A stretch of DNA of 64,000 nt from Chromera velia (taxonomy: Eukaryota), in assembly GCA_018398765.1 (NCBI GenBank), contig JAHBMJ010000443.1, positions 62,001 through 126,000 of the forward strand, read 5' to 3'. Made by a program: the position numbers and the translations under genes. The notes under the pieces are model-generated. The model saw only the letters and a program-made list of their open reading frames with translations. It searched no databases and was not told the origin of the DNA. Shown here piece after piece: positions 53,701 through 64,000 of this stretch. Within the stretch, counting starts at the first letter, position 1. The number at the start of each line of letters is the position of its first letter.

Positions 53701-53845
53701 GAGCCTGAAGCCCTTAGTCGGCCTCAACGCGAGGTGCGAGAGGTGTGACCGAAGATTCATTGAGCTGCGCGCTCTGCAACAGCACCTCAATTTTTGCTTC
53801 CTCAAACCGCCTGTGAGTGAAGAGCCTGACGACAAAACAACTTGA
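48371..53845 (+). CDS. DUF2431 (Bmt5/Bmt6-like rRNA uridine N3-methyltransferase domain) protein with C-terminal C2H2-type zinc fingers, multi-exon
   Basis: DUF2431 motifs [54 protein letters not shown] and FPG-Y..KR...GRSF. Fingers follow: [48 protein letters not shown]...QHL and CERCDRRF...QHLNFC. TGA at 53843-45. Confidence 0.88.
50436..50760. repeat. Intronic compound (GT)n(AT)n(CT)n microsatellite
   Basis: Seen directly in the sequence. Confidence 0.95.
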
Positions 53846-54595
53846 ACCAGCTAGTTTCAAGGACCGCATTCAATCGGCGCATTGATGACGCCAGGACTCC
53901 GGAGGCCGGGCAGCGGCGGATATATAGCGGCGCTTTAGTAAACAAGTAACACTTTACAGCGATTGAAACCAATGCTATCGTCAGGGTCATCGCCTAGGTC
54001 ATCGCCAGTGCTAGCGCTTATAATCATGCATAATATGATGTTAGTTTGAAGCCTGTACGGGGCAGCACTAGTAGCTAGACAAGAAGACTCTTCTTAATGT
54101 ACTTATTGTACTAAGCTAGACAAATCATCTTTATTATCATAAAATGGGAGATTTTTTTAGAAAATTTTCTAGATATACAAAAAAAACTATCACAACTTTC
54201 CTATATTTGACTTCTGAGTCGTCCACCTCGTGCAAGCGTCAAAAGCCGAGAAACACCTCCTAAGTTAGCTATAAGCGTGGGCCTAATATCTAGTAATAAT
54301 GTAGTAAGCCATTAAGAAAACAAAACAAAACTCTTAAAAAAAAATTTTTTTGAATAGAATCTAGAATAGAATTTACTTTTCAAAATATTTAGCAAAATAT
54401 ATCTCCCGGTCATCCCTTAGGAGAAGTTTGGGAAAAAGTTAAAACCAAAAGAAGCCTAAAGAAACATAAATAATTTAGGTAATTTGAAAGCGGTTTTCTA
54501 GGCGGTTTTAAGCTCTTAAAACCTCAGCAAAATTTTTTTTAATACGCAGAGTTGTATATAACCATACTCAATTTTTTTCTATAGTGTTTTTTCTA

Positions 54596-54837
54596 CTAGG
54601 CACCGCACATAGAAAAAAAAAAAAAAAAGTTGGGAAGGCCTATTCTTTTTTTCTTTTTTGTTTATGTTTTTATTTTAAGCTCAAGTGCCTCCAAAAGGAA
54701 AAGAATCACTTTCGACTCTGAAACTTAGTTTTCCACACAAAATGTGAACCTAACTGTCTAGCTAACTGTTGACCTAAAAAAAAAAAGTTGAGGACGCCTA
54801 ATTTTTTTTTTTATTTTTTTTTATGTGCGGCGCCTAG
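54596..54837. mobile_element. 242-bp MITE with 8-bp TSD
   Basis: TIRs CTAGGCACCGCACATAG(A)n and (T)nTATGTGCGGCGCCTAG. TSD TTTTTCTA at 54588-95 and 54838-45. Confidence 0.8.
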
Positions 54838-55199
54838 TTTTTCTATAGTGTCTCTATAGTAACGAGAAGTATACTTTGACTCTCACAAAAAAAAAAAAAG
54901 TAAAAAAAGAAATAAGGCGAAACCTAGAGTAAAACATAAGAAATAAGATTTAAAGTTTTTGTGAATTAATGTTCTATATTCAACGTTTATTTATAATTTA
55001 TTAAAGAAAATATCTTTATGATGATTATATAGGTGGAGTCCCTGGTTGACTTCAAAGAGTTCATGCTTGATCACTCCGGCCGGTCTGTACAAGCCAAGAG
55101 ATCAATATCAATCCTTGCAGGTCATTTAAGTTACAGCGAATTGGCATCCATGGTACAGCTCTGCAAGCGGCAGATGAGGCGTCTGACTCTCGGGAAAGC

Positions 55200-57425
55200 T
55201 TAATTGATTGGGTTTTTCCAGATGTGATCTGAGGACGGAGTGAAGAGGGCTGCCCCTGAATTTGTAGGCTTGTTGCCAAGGGTGCCAGCATCATCGGGAA
55301 TTAAGGAGGGGATCTTGCCTCTGCATGGACGCCTGTGTATCTGACATTGGGTTGCTCCTAAATCAACTGGAGGAAATGAATGGATGCAGATGTGCCTGCC
55401 AGACATACGAGCAAACTTCGTACGCACTTGCCATTCAGCGTAGGATAAACAGGCTTTGCATCTCATCTTTTCCCTTCCTGTTCGTAGGTTCCCTTCTGCT
55501 TGACTGCTCTTCGAGTCCCTGCCTGCCTGCCGAGATGAAGAAACAGAAGAGGCAGACTGCATGGGACATGGGCACAGAAAGGAACAGAGGGGATCCGGCC
55601 TCCCATCCACCCCCTTCGTTCCGTCCTTACAGACAGATGGATCAGCGCTCTACCTGGCAATGCCCCCATACTCATTTATTTTGTCTTTCAACAATTAATG
55701 GATTGACTGACCGATTTTTTCCAAGCGCAATTGAGCTCATCTCCCCGCCCTCTATCCAAACCTTCATACCCCCTCCCTCTGACGCATTCTACACTTTTAC
55801 TCATCAAACATGAGATTCATGCACTCACTTGTAAAAATCAAAAAATCATCAACCCCCCGAGTGCCCCCCCCGCCCTAGCTATCTGGGCCAATTCCCATCC
55901 GCAGTCGTCCGACCACTTTCCCCGTGCCAACTCCGAACATTCAACCCACCCGACCCCACCACGGCCTCTAACGACTTCTCAATGGCCGCCAAAGTCTGTG
56001 CGCCCCTTGCCCCCTCTCTGACCCGCTTTTCGGGCAACGGCACATTCCCTGAGAGAGTCAATCGTTCTGCCTCCTTAAGACAGGTGAGTGCCTTGCTGAG
56101 CACCCTGTCAGAGTCTAGAGGGTCAAGAGGGGCCACAGAAGACGCCCCAGAGGAACAAAACCCAGTTGCGTTGCTGCGATGGGAAAAGACAGTCGTTGTT
56201 CCTCTGACTGCTCCTGCTGTGTCCTGTTGATTCTGATTCATGAGGATTTTACTCACCGCCGCGAGTGGCCCCTGTCCTGCCTTGTTGCCCATTCTAGGCG
56301 ACCCTTCTGCCCCCTCTCCTTCAAACAATGTATCCTCAGCGGGTTGTGAATCGAAATGGGCGCGTCTGTTGGCAGAGGACGGCCCTCTGGTTTCTTGCAT
56401 CATCTTGTAGACCAAGCCTCGGGGCATAACGGGATCGATCATCAACGCACGCTGACTCTTGTGCAATTGCCGGGCTGCCTGCCCATTCATTTCTTGCATT
56501 TTGTGCTCAAAAATCTGAGTAGTCGCTTCTGCCCTTTCCTTCGCGATCTGTGCAGTCTCTTGCACTTTCTTCAAGTCCTCTATCTCCCCTCTGAGGGAGA
56601 CAACATGATTCTGCAACGCCTGACATCGACTTTGCCACTTTGTGATCTCTTTCGTCTTCCTCTCACTCAGGTTGAGGATCTCCCTCATTCTCTGCTGTGT
56701 CAATGCATCAGACGCCTCTGCCTGGCACTTCTCCTGTCGGATTCTTTTGATCTCTGTCTGGAGTTTCTCGACGTCGGGAGGCAGATTTGTGTTCGTTTGG
56801 GGAAAGCCGAACGTGTTGGTGCCCGACGCTTGAATGCCCATACTCTGAAAACCACCACCTCCCCCAGCTGCAGTCTGGGTCATGGTGGCATTCTGCTGGA
56901 AGGCACGGAGAGGCTCTATCTCTGCCTCAAGAGCCTGCATCCATGCATGCACAGAGGAAGAAAGGATTTGCATGTATAACCGGAAGCATCAGGCAAGATG
57001 AAGCAGGACAATTTGAAGTCAAAACGAACGGCCAGGCAACATGAAGGAAAGGTCGCAATGGAATGGATCAATAGACTGACCGCGTTCTTTGTTTTGAGTT
57101 CCTCGTTTGACTGCGTGAGTGACTGGCAGCTCTCTGCAAGTTGATTGGTGAGTGCCTGAAGCCGAATGATCTCATCCGAAACCGTCCGTAGCTTCTCTTG
57201 CACATCCCTTAATCCAGATCGTGCCTCTGACTCCACTTTCTTCACTGTGCCCATGCTTTTGTTCATGGCATTCATGTCCAGTTTGTTTCGGAGGATGTCC
57301 GCAAGAACCTCCCGGGCGTTCTGTATGGAATCCAAACTCTGTTGGGACCGCACAATCTCTCCCGACAGTGCAGCGTCGAGTTGGTCCCCAAACTTCTTCA
57401 AGTCCTCCTCTATGGACTTCAGCAT
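55200..57425 (-). CDS. Hypothetical coiled-coil protein (exons ~57425-57080, ~56934-56022, probable last exon ~55320-55200)
   Basis: Two long heptad-rich E/K/Q/L ORFs are joined by a GT-AG intron. The 3' end is uncertain, with an alternative stop at 55879. Confidence 0.65.
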
Positions 57426-57764
57426 GGTGGTAAAATCAATGCAATGCTTGTCGGTGTAAGGTCAAAAGGTAGTCAAGCTACAGTGGCTTGTCCGGTCAGG
57501 TCGGACGATTTCGTTTGGGCTTTGCTCAATCGAGATATAATATGTATCTGCGAATGTGCATGCAATTGGTTACTGTCGGGTCAAGACGTCGCGCGGATCT
57601 GAGACTCCAGAGAGTTTCACGAGTCTTTAGGTCAAGGAAAGGAACTGCCCGTTTGTCCTTCTTACTCGCTCACATGATTGTGAGGGTCATGCAGTTAATT
57701 GGAGAAATTGAGGCATGCAACTTAATTATAAGCAAACTTATCTGCATGCAAGCTAGTCCATCTA

Positions 57765-58872
57765 CACTACGGGTCATTTTGCGTTGCGGGTATCCCGCCC
57801 GCGGGTATCCCGCGGAGGCTCCGCGGGATAAAATCATACCGCGGAAGGCTCCGACGGATAGATTCTATCCCGCGGAGCGAAGTGAGCTTCGTGCGAGCGC
57901 TCTTCACGGCGTCCGACTGCCCGCGAAGTGCCGTTGTGTGCCCCACAAGCTGCCAAAGTGTTCAGGGACTCAAACTTTCCGGGGCCAACCGATTTTGCTG
58001 AAATTTGCTCTGAAAAAGCTCACTTTTGCCTTCAAAACACACAGAAAGCTCAGTGTGTCCTTCCTTCTCCTCCTTTATTTCTCTCCGTGTGGTGCAGTGC
58101 AAGGGGTCAAATTGGCACCATACGATGCCCCTAGGACCAGACAACTCACGTCTTTGTCGGGGTTTGATATAGTGACACGACTGGTCTGTTGGAACCGCTT
58201 TGGTGGCTTCAGTCAGCTTGAGTCTGTTGAGGTGTCTGTAGAGCTGGAGCTGCAGCAGACCTTAAGTGCCCCAGGAAGCGGTTCCGGTAAGACAATTTGG
58301 TACCGCCGTAGTCAGGACAATGTGCTGCAACTCTCCTTTGTCTTGGTAGCAGGTATGGAGCGCTGTGGAGAGATCTGGTCCTTCCGTTAGGCCTTTGGCT
58401 GGGACATTTTTTTGGAGTGTATCCTCCGTCTCTGAGCAGACCGGTTCATTGAACTCCTCTGAATGGGCACCATTCATGATCCCCTTTGGGAACTGACTTC
58501 CCCTCATCATGGGGACTGTGTCGGTATGCATTTTATGGTAGCTGTTGCATCACAGGCCCTCTGGGCTCATGATCATTGGAACTGCTCGAGTCAACTCGAC
58601 TGAGCAGGCTAGCTGAATCTCGATCTTCTAGCTCCCAGCAGCTCTGGGAACCGTTTTTTTTGCACCACCTAGCTAAGCTCACTCTATATAAGGCCACTGC
58701 GGTCTTCTAGGGCTGTACTTGCTTCTCCAGAGAAGGAAAGAAAGAGGGCGAAGCCCTGCTTCTCGCTCCGAAGTATAGTCAGGGTCTGCGCAGGATAGAT
58801 CTATCCCTCGGCGGCTGCGCCTATCCTGCGCAAGCTCCGCGGGATACCCGCAACGCAAAATGACCCGTAGTG
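57765..58872. mobile_element. Non-autonomous CACTA (En/Spm-like) DNA transposon, 1108 bp
   Basis: Perfect 34-bp TIR CACTACGGGTCATTTTGCGTTGCGGGTATCCCGC at both ends, flanked by TA on both sides. Subterminal TATCCCGCGG-like repeats occur in both orientations. No intact transposase. Confidence 0.88.
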
Positions 58873-59581
58873 TAGCTGCGTGCATCTTTCGGTCTCTAGA
58901 ACCGGTTGGGGGCCACAAAATAATTTCTCTTCGGGATCGAAAATGAACCGGTCGCATGTCAGACATATTTCCCCAAATTTTATTCCCACCATTTTCATCC
59001 ACACACAATGCAGTTAAAACTGGTGAAAACTTATAAAATCTCCAGTCTTCTGGAATGTCATTTTCATCAGCAAAAGAGACTTAGACGGTCACCGAAACTA
59101 GCCAAAACAATTTTTTTTTTCTAAAAATTTATTTTTAATTAAATTTGCATTATGTACATATTATTAAAGAATATCAAAGAACTAATGATGATTAGAGTTT
59201 GATATGTATGTCTAAGTTCATATCAGTATACAACAGTTGATTTTGTTTTCATATCAATACACAACAGTACACATCTGGGTTTAATTTTGTTTAGACCAGC
59301 ACATAACAGTTGATACAAATTACTTTTTAGACCTCAAACATAGTCTACATAGATAAAGCCTTTTATAAAGTTTAATAAAATTATATAAAGTAGATTTCGG
59401 TTAATCTAATTTAAACAAAAGTGTTGACCGCTTGCAAGGTCAACCCTAAGGTCCACCGGCATTCGACATAAGTCGACAAAAAGCTAGTATATTACTAGTA
59501 AAAAATAAAATTTAAACACATAACTCCTTGTTTTTCCCTGCTGTTCACTCAAACCATTATAAAGAAAAAAATAGTAGTCAT

Positions 59582-59815
59582 GACCTCCCTGAACCTAACT
59601 ACTACTTGAAAGTTCAGGCCGTATTTTTGGATAAGCTTAAAAGTCTATGCCGCAGGTGCGGATCATTTATGGTGTCTTGAAAGCTAAAGCCGCATATCTG
59701 GACGGTGTCTTGACCATCTAGGCCACAGGCGTGGACGGTCTCTTGAAAAAAGATGCCACAGATAGAGATGATCTTGATTATATTTTTTTAAGTGGCAGTT
59801 AGGTTCAGGGAGGTT
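59582..59815. mobile_element. 234-bp MITE with 8-bp TSD and internal repeats
   Basis: TIRs GACCTCCCTGAACCTAACTACTACTT and AAGTGGCAGTTAGGTTCAGGGAGGTT. TSD GTAGTCAT at 59574-81 and 59816-23. Internal GCC(G/A)CA...GGT(G/C)TCTTGA units occur 3-4 times. Confidence 0.82.
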
Positions 59816-60034
59816 GTAGTCATCAGTAGACAATGTTATGCAACTCATTCATATACCATACTACGTAACCATAGTTTACATAAATAAAAGGTTGATGTCT
59901 ACATACACATAATTCTATATATATATTTGGACACACTACCAGCTGCATGGTTATACTCACAGATATACACAAATTTTAGTACAAATTCTCTATGTATACA
60001 GATACAGACTCTGGCAGATACAGATACACAGTAT

Positions 60035-60036
60035 CA

Positions 60037-60072
<36 letters not shown>

Positions 60073-60087
60073 TACACACACACGCAT

Positions 60088-60120
<33 letters not shown>

Positions 60121-60242
60121 CACAGTCACAGTCACAGTCACAGTCACAGTCACACACAGTCTCACACAGTCACACACAGCCACACACAGTCAGCCACAGC
60201 CACACACAGTCAGCCACAGTCACACACAGTTTCTCTCTCTTC

Positions 60243-60273
<31 letters not shown>

Positions 60274-60290
60274 GCACGCACGCACAGACA
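60035..60290. repeat. (CA)n/(CACAGT)n microsatellite
   Basis: Seen directly in the sequence. Confidence 0.95.
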
Positions 60291-60946
60291 CAAACCCACA
60301 AAGAGATGCAGATACAGACATACGCACGCACGCACGTTTACAGTATAGTACGGAAACATACTGACATGCACGCACTCACTCACTTACTGAATCAGTTACC
60401 CACCCACCCCATATACAGCTGATATCGACGGATTCACTCACTGGCTGGCCACTAACTAAATCATACTAGCGCATGCGCACACGAACTCACTGACTTACTC
60501 ATTCACCCACTCACCGTCCTTCTGACATCACACAGCTCCCGACACAAGCTGCCTAGTATTTCACTTGCCTAGTATTCATAATCGCATTTCTTCATCAGCA
60601 CATTCATACACACGACGTTCATACGAATTGAGTTGAGACAAAGTTATGGGGAATGCATCGAGAACACAAAACGCATGGACGAATTCAGACAAAGACAGCA
60701 ATTTGGCACTCCACAAGTATCAACCTTACCGTGCATGTCCTATGTGCCTGCAGCTACTGCAACGCGAACGGACCTCGCACAACGAAATCCAAACGTGATC
60801 CAGTCCCGCAAGCTCCAAGAGCTAAGTACAGGAACGTATGCGTGGGAAGGCCTGACGAGTTCTCGCTGACTCACGTACTTACTTTGCAGTCTGCTTGACC
60901 TGTCAGCGACTCACATAAATCAGTCCATCCATTGAATTCAATCTCT

Positions 60947-62251
60947 TCATTCTTTGACCACATACAGACGCGTCCAAGCCCGCACCCACGCACCGTAGTC
61001 ATGGAAGTGGGGTTGGGACCCACAGATGCGAGGGTTCATCTCCATCACCATAGGCTGGGACAGGTCGCTGTTTCTGTATTTCATGTCGAAACACCCGATG
61101 CCTCTGTAGTTCACTGCCCGGAGGAGTTTGCCGAAATTCTCGACCATCTGTTTAGGCACAAAGTCTCTCTCGAGGGTCGTGCGTTTGCGTGTAGGGTTGT
61201 GGTGAGCAACGGCATCGTCTGATTGGTATTCGTCTCTTGTGATTTTGAGCTTCAGGAACCCTCCATGCTCCTCTGAGTAGACGAAATGGAAACTGTCTTC
61301 GTACTTAGACGTGACCCACTCTTGCACTGTAAAGTCAGACGGGAGGATAAATTTATACCCTCCATTACTTGTCTTGACCGGGGTGTTGAAGAATTCTGCA
61401 AGGGCTTCTCTGGTGTCGACTTTCTTGTACAGTTCGGCATGGGACGTGCCTCCTGCGCCCTGTACAGGCTTGACAAACAAGGGGAAGACAGCACCTTCTT
61501 TTGTGACTGCATCTTCGTCAATCTGACACCTGTCTGAGACTGGGTCGGCGCTCTCGGGTGTTGCGAGTTCCTTACAGGTGACTAGGCTGGCTGCTTTGTA
61601 GCTGGGAATGGTATATGATTCGAGTCCATTGTCTTTCATTGTCTGCTGGAAATTGTCTTTGTCTACCACGCGAAGCAAACCTGCCTCGTTGGACATCCCC
61701 TGGTTGGTCAGGGGAGCAGAGAGGGGCCAACCTTTGGCATACAGCTTCAACAGGGGTTCAATTTTCCATTCCGACATCCCGAACGTCACGACATCAATCT
61801 TGTTCTTTTTGATATAGGAGTCCAACCTCTCGAGGTCCTGTTTCGAGGAATCGGGTCCAAGATTCAGCAGAGCGTTCTTCACGCCTTCGTCTTTGATGTC
61901 CTTGGAAGTTGTCAACTTCAGCTTGGCTGACTTCAATTTAGAATCACCCATCTCCCACTGACCGTGCCAATAGTTGATGCCTAGAATTGAGATCGTGGGG
62001 GCGTACGCACTGATACCGGAAGAAACCATAATCCAGTAGAAGAGGGCGCGAAGGACGAGGAACAGCACAACTGCCAACACCAGATACAGAACCCAGAGAG
62101 GAACGGGAAGTGTAAAAAGGCAGTGGTTCTTTGTAGCGGTGAGCGTCTTTGACAGACGTCCATGACCGGATTGAGGTGCTTCCGCTTCTGCTTCTGCGTT
62201 GGCTGCCTCTGGGTCAGGATTCAAAGGCTCAACACGTGCGGAGTCTGCCAT
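60947..62251 (-). CDS. Intronless ATP-grasp fold protein with an N-terminal transmembrane anchor, 434 aa
   Basis: Hydrophobic segment LWVLYLVLAVVLFLVLRALFYWIMV. ATP-grasp motifs DK..F...M...GL...IP, FPLFVKPVQGAGG, VQEWV and YRGIGCFDMK...VMEMNPRICG. Confidence 0.88.
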   Translation of the reverse strand: MADSARVEPLNPDPEAANAEAEAEAPQSGHGRLSKTLTATKNHCLFTLPVPLWVLYLVLAVVLFLVLRALFYWIMVSSGISAYAPTISILGINYWHGQWEMGDSKLKSAKLKLTTSKDIKDEGVKNALLNLGPDSSKQDLERLDSYIKKNKIDVVTFGMSEWKIEPLLKLYAKGWPLSAPLTNQGMSNEAGLLRVVDKDNFQQTMKDNGLESYTIPSYKAASLVTCKELATPESADPVSDRCQIDEDAVTKEGAVFPLFVKPVQGAGGTSHAELYKKVDTREALAEFFNTPVKTSNGGYKFILPSDFTVQEWVTSKYEDSFHFVYSEEHGGFLKLKITRDEYQSDDAVAHHNPTRKRTTLERDFVPKQMVENFGKLLRAVNYRGIGCFDMKYRNSDLSQPMVMEMNPRICGSQPHFHDYGAWVRAWTRLYVVKE

Positions 62252-63643
62252 GTTTAATGGTATCTATCGAGGGTGGGAATCTGAATCTTGTGTCTCGGAG
62301 TGCGGCAACAAGAGCCGGATGAAGCTGACAGCAGCTTTCAGGAGAATCAGCTCAATGTCACTTTTCAAGCACTGAATGCATTCTAAATCACTTTTTGAGC
62401 AACCGTCCTCATTTCATTCATGCAACATTCGAACAAATCAGCAGCAACATATATATGTTGGAAGGTCAGTCAAAAGCCTCGATCATGCATGTGCTATCGC
62501 CTCGGGGGGCAGCTCAGCTCTGCTGAGATCAGCCGAGAGGCCCTGAGATCGCACGCACTCGCATAACGCATTTTTTCATTTTGGTGGGGGGNNNNNNNNN
62601 NNNNNNNNNNNNNNNNNNNNNNNNNNNNNNNNNNNNNNNNNNNNNNNNNNNNNNNNNNNNNNNNNNNNNNNNNNNNNNNNNNNNNNNNNNNNNNNNNNNN
62701 NNNNNNNNNNNNNNNNNNNNNNNNNNNNNNNNNNNNNNNNNNNNNNNNNNNNNNNNNNNNNNNNNNNNNNNNNNNNNGGGGGGGGGGGGGGTCGCTTCTA
62801 TCACGGTGTCGCCCGAATTCCAAAATGTGCCCCTCAAGCAACTCGCACGGAGCCGCGATCGCACATACCTTAATTACTTCGCACATGCGTGCCCCTCAAG
62901 TAGCTCGCACGGAGTTGCAAGTGCATGCTCGCGCGGTCCCGAAAAGCATGCTTCGTGCGCGTTGCCGTGGCCCCCGCCCCATGCATGCATGCACCTGCAC
63001 AAGACATGCCCAAGCCCCCGATCGATGGTGCATCAATCAAATTTGCGGACCCCCTAAAGGGCCCCCCGAGGCACTCACCCAACTGGTTGGGTGTATCTCG
63101 TAGTTTGACGCACGAGGGCGCCGTCGCACGCACTTGACGCACGCATGCACGTAGGAAATGCGCCATTCCGAGCTGCATGTCAGGATTGAGTCTTCGACCC
63201 GCGGGGCCAAAAAGGAAGCGAAGTATCAGTCTGTCCTGTCCAGAGATGTTTGAGGCGTTCAGTGAACGACTGCCACCCACCTGAAAGCTGTATCTGTCCA
63301 GTCCAACAGGCTTCACTGAACGAGAGGAGCCGTGTTGCTGTGAAGCCCTGTCAGTGCACCAGGACTTCAGCTGACTGCCTGAGTGGAGGCCATTTTGCGA
63401 GTTCAGTGTGCACACACAAGAATTCTCGCAAGATGATCGCTCGCACCTTGTGTGTCTGCCTTTTCGGGGCTTCTGTTTCTGCATTTGAAATGTATTCAGG
63501 CGCAGCGAGACCTTCAAGTAAGGGGCTGGTGTGAAGTGGCAAGAGTTTTTTTCTTCCGTCTCCTTTTCCTTTAACCTCATGAGTGCCTCTTTTCTTCTTT
63601 GTCTTCTCTGTTCCTCTGTGTGTTTTCGCGTGATGTGTGTTCA

Positions 63644-64000
63644 GGCGGGAGGCGGCTTGGGCGTCTCGGGATGCCTTCCGATGAATTGAGGAGAGACGGT
63701 GAGTTAGGTGGGAGAGTTGATGTGAAGAAAAGAGAGATGCCGGGAAAGAGGAGACGACGGAGACGGAATTTGCACAGTCCCCATTTTTGTTTCATCTTTT
63801 TGTTGGTGTACTTGTTGCCTCCTATCTACCTTATTTTTCGCCCTCGCTTGGCATCGCTTGTCTTAGTGCAAGTGCACACTTTCTGCTTAATTCTCATTGT
63901 GTGACTCAATCGTTCTGCCTGCAGGGATGGGAGGAGGACGTCTCCTCTCAGAGGCTTCAGAGAGTGACGATGCCCCCGACCCTGCCACTGTGATTGCTGA
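63644..64000 (+). CDS. Probable 5' exons of a gene continuing beyond the window
   Basis: An exon ending GAGACG|GTGAG at 63698 splices in frame to CTGCAG|GGATGG at 63925, giving MPSDELRRDGMGGGRLLSEASESDD. Confidence 0.35.

Noticed and set aside
57488..58390. 300-aa + strand ORF with APGSGSGKT resembling Walker A
   Set aside because: It starts outside the CACTA TIR at a non-ATG codon and runs through it, and the motif does not fit [AG]x4GK[ST].

Overview
Intron-rich eukaryotic genomic DNA from a draft assembly with four N gaps. GT-AG introns full of microsatellites, frequent TGCATGCA words and intronless ankyrin genes suggest a chromerid-like alveolate such as Chromera; this is inference only. 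Supported genes are: a eukaryotic RNA-dependent RNA polymerase with an atypical DADGD catalytic motif, a Patched/NPC1-like sterol-sensing-domain protein, a DUF2431 (Bmt5/6-like methyltransferase) protein with C2H2 fingers, a BTB-BACK protein, two related intronless ankyrin proteins, a small protein with two Cys/His zinc-knuckle repeats, a coiled-coil protein and a membrane-anchored ATP-grasp protein. An eIF4G-like MIF4G gene is pseudogenised by at least seven in-frame TAG/TGA stops and a frameshift. Mobile DNA includes a 1.1 kb non-autonomous CACTA element, two MITEs of about 240 bp with 8-bp TSDs, a foldback element and retroposon-like 3' ends with microsatellite tails. The most striking pattern is head-to-head gene pairs separated by AT-rich, TAG/CTA-rich islands. 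Together with the pseudogene lesions, this hints at a directional C->T (RIP-like or methylation-driven) mutagenic process. Exon boundaries were read by eye and are approximate.
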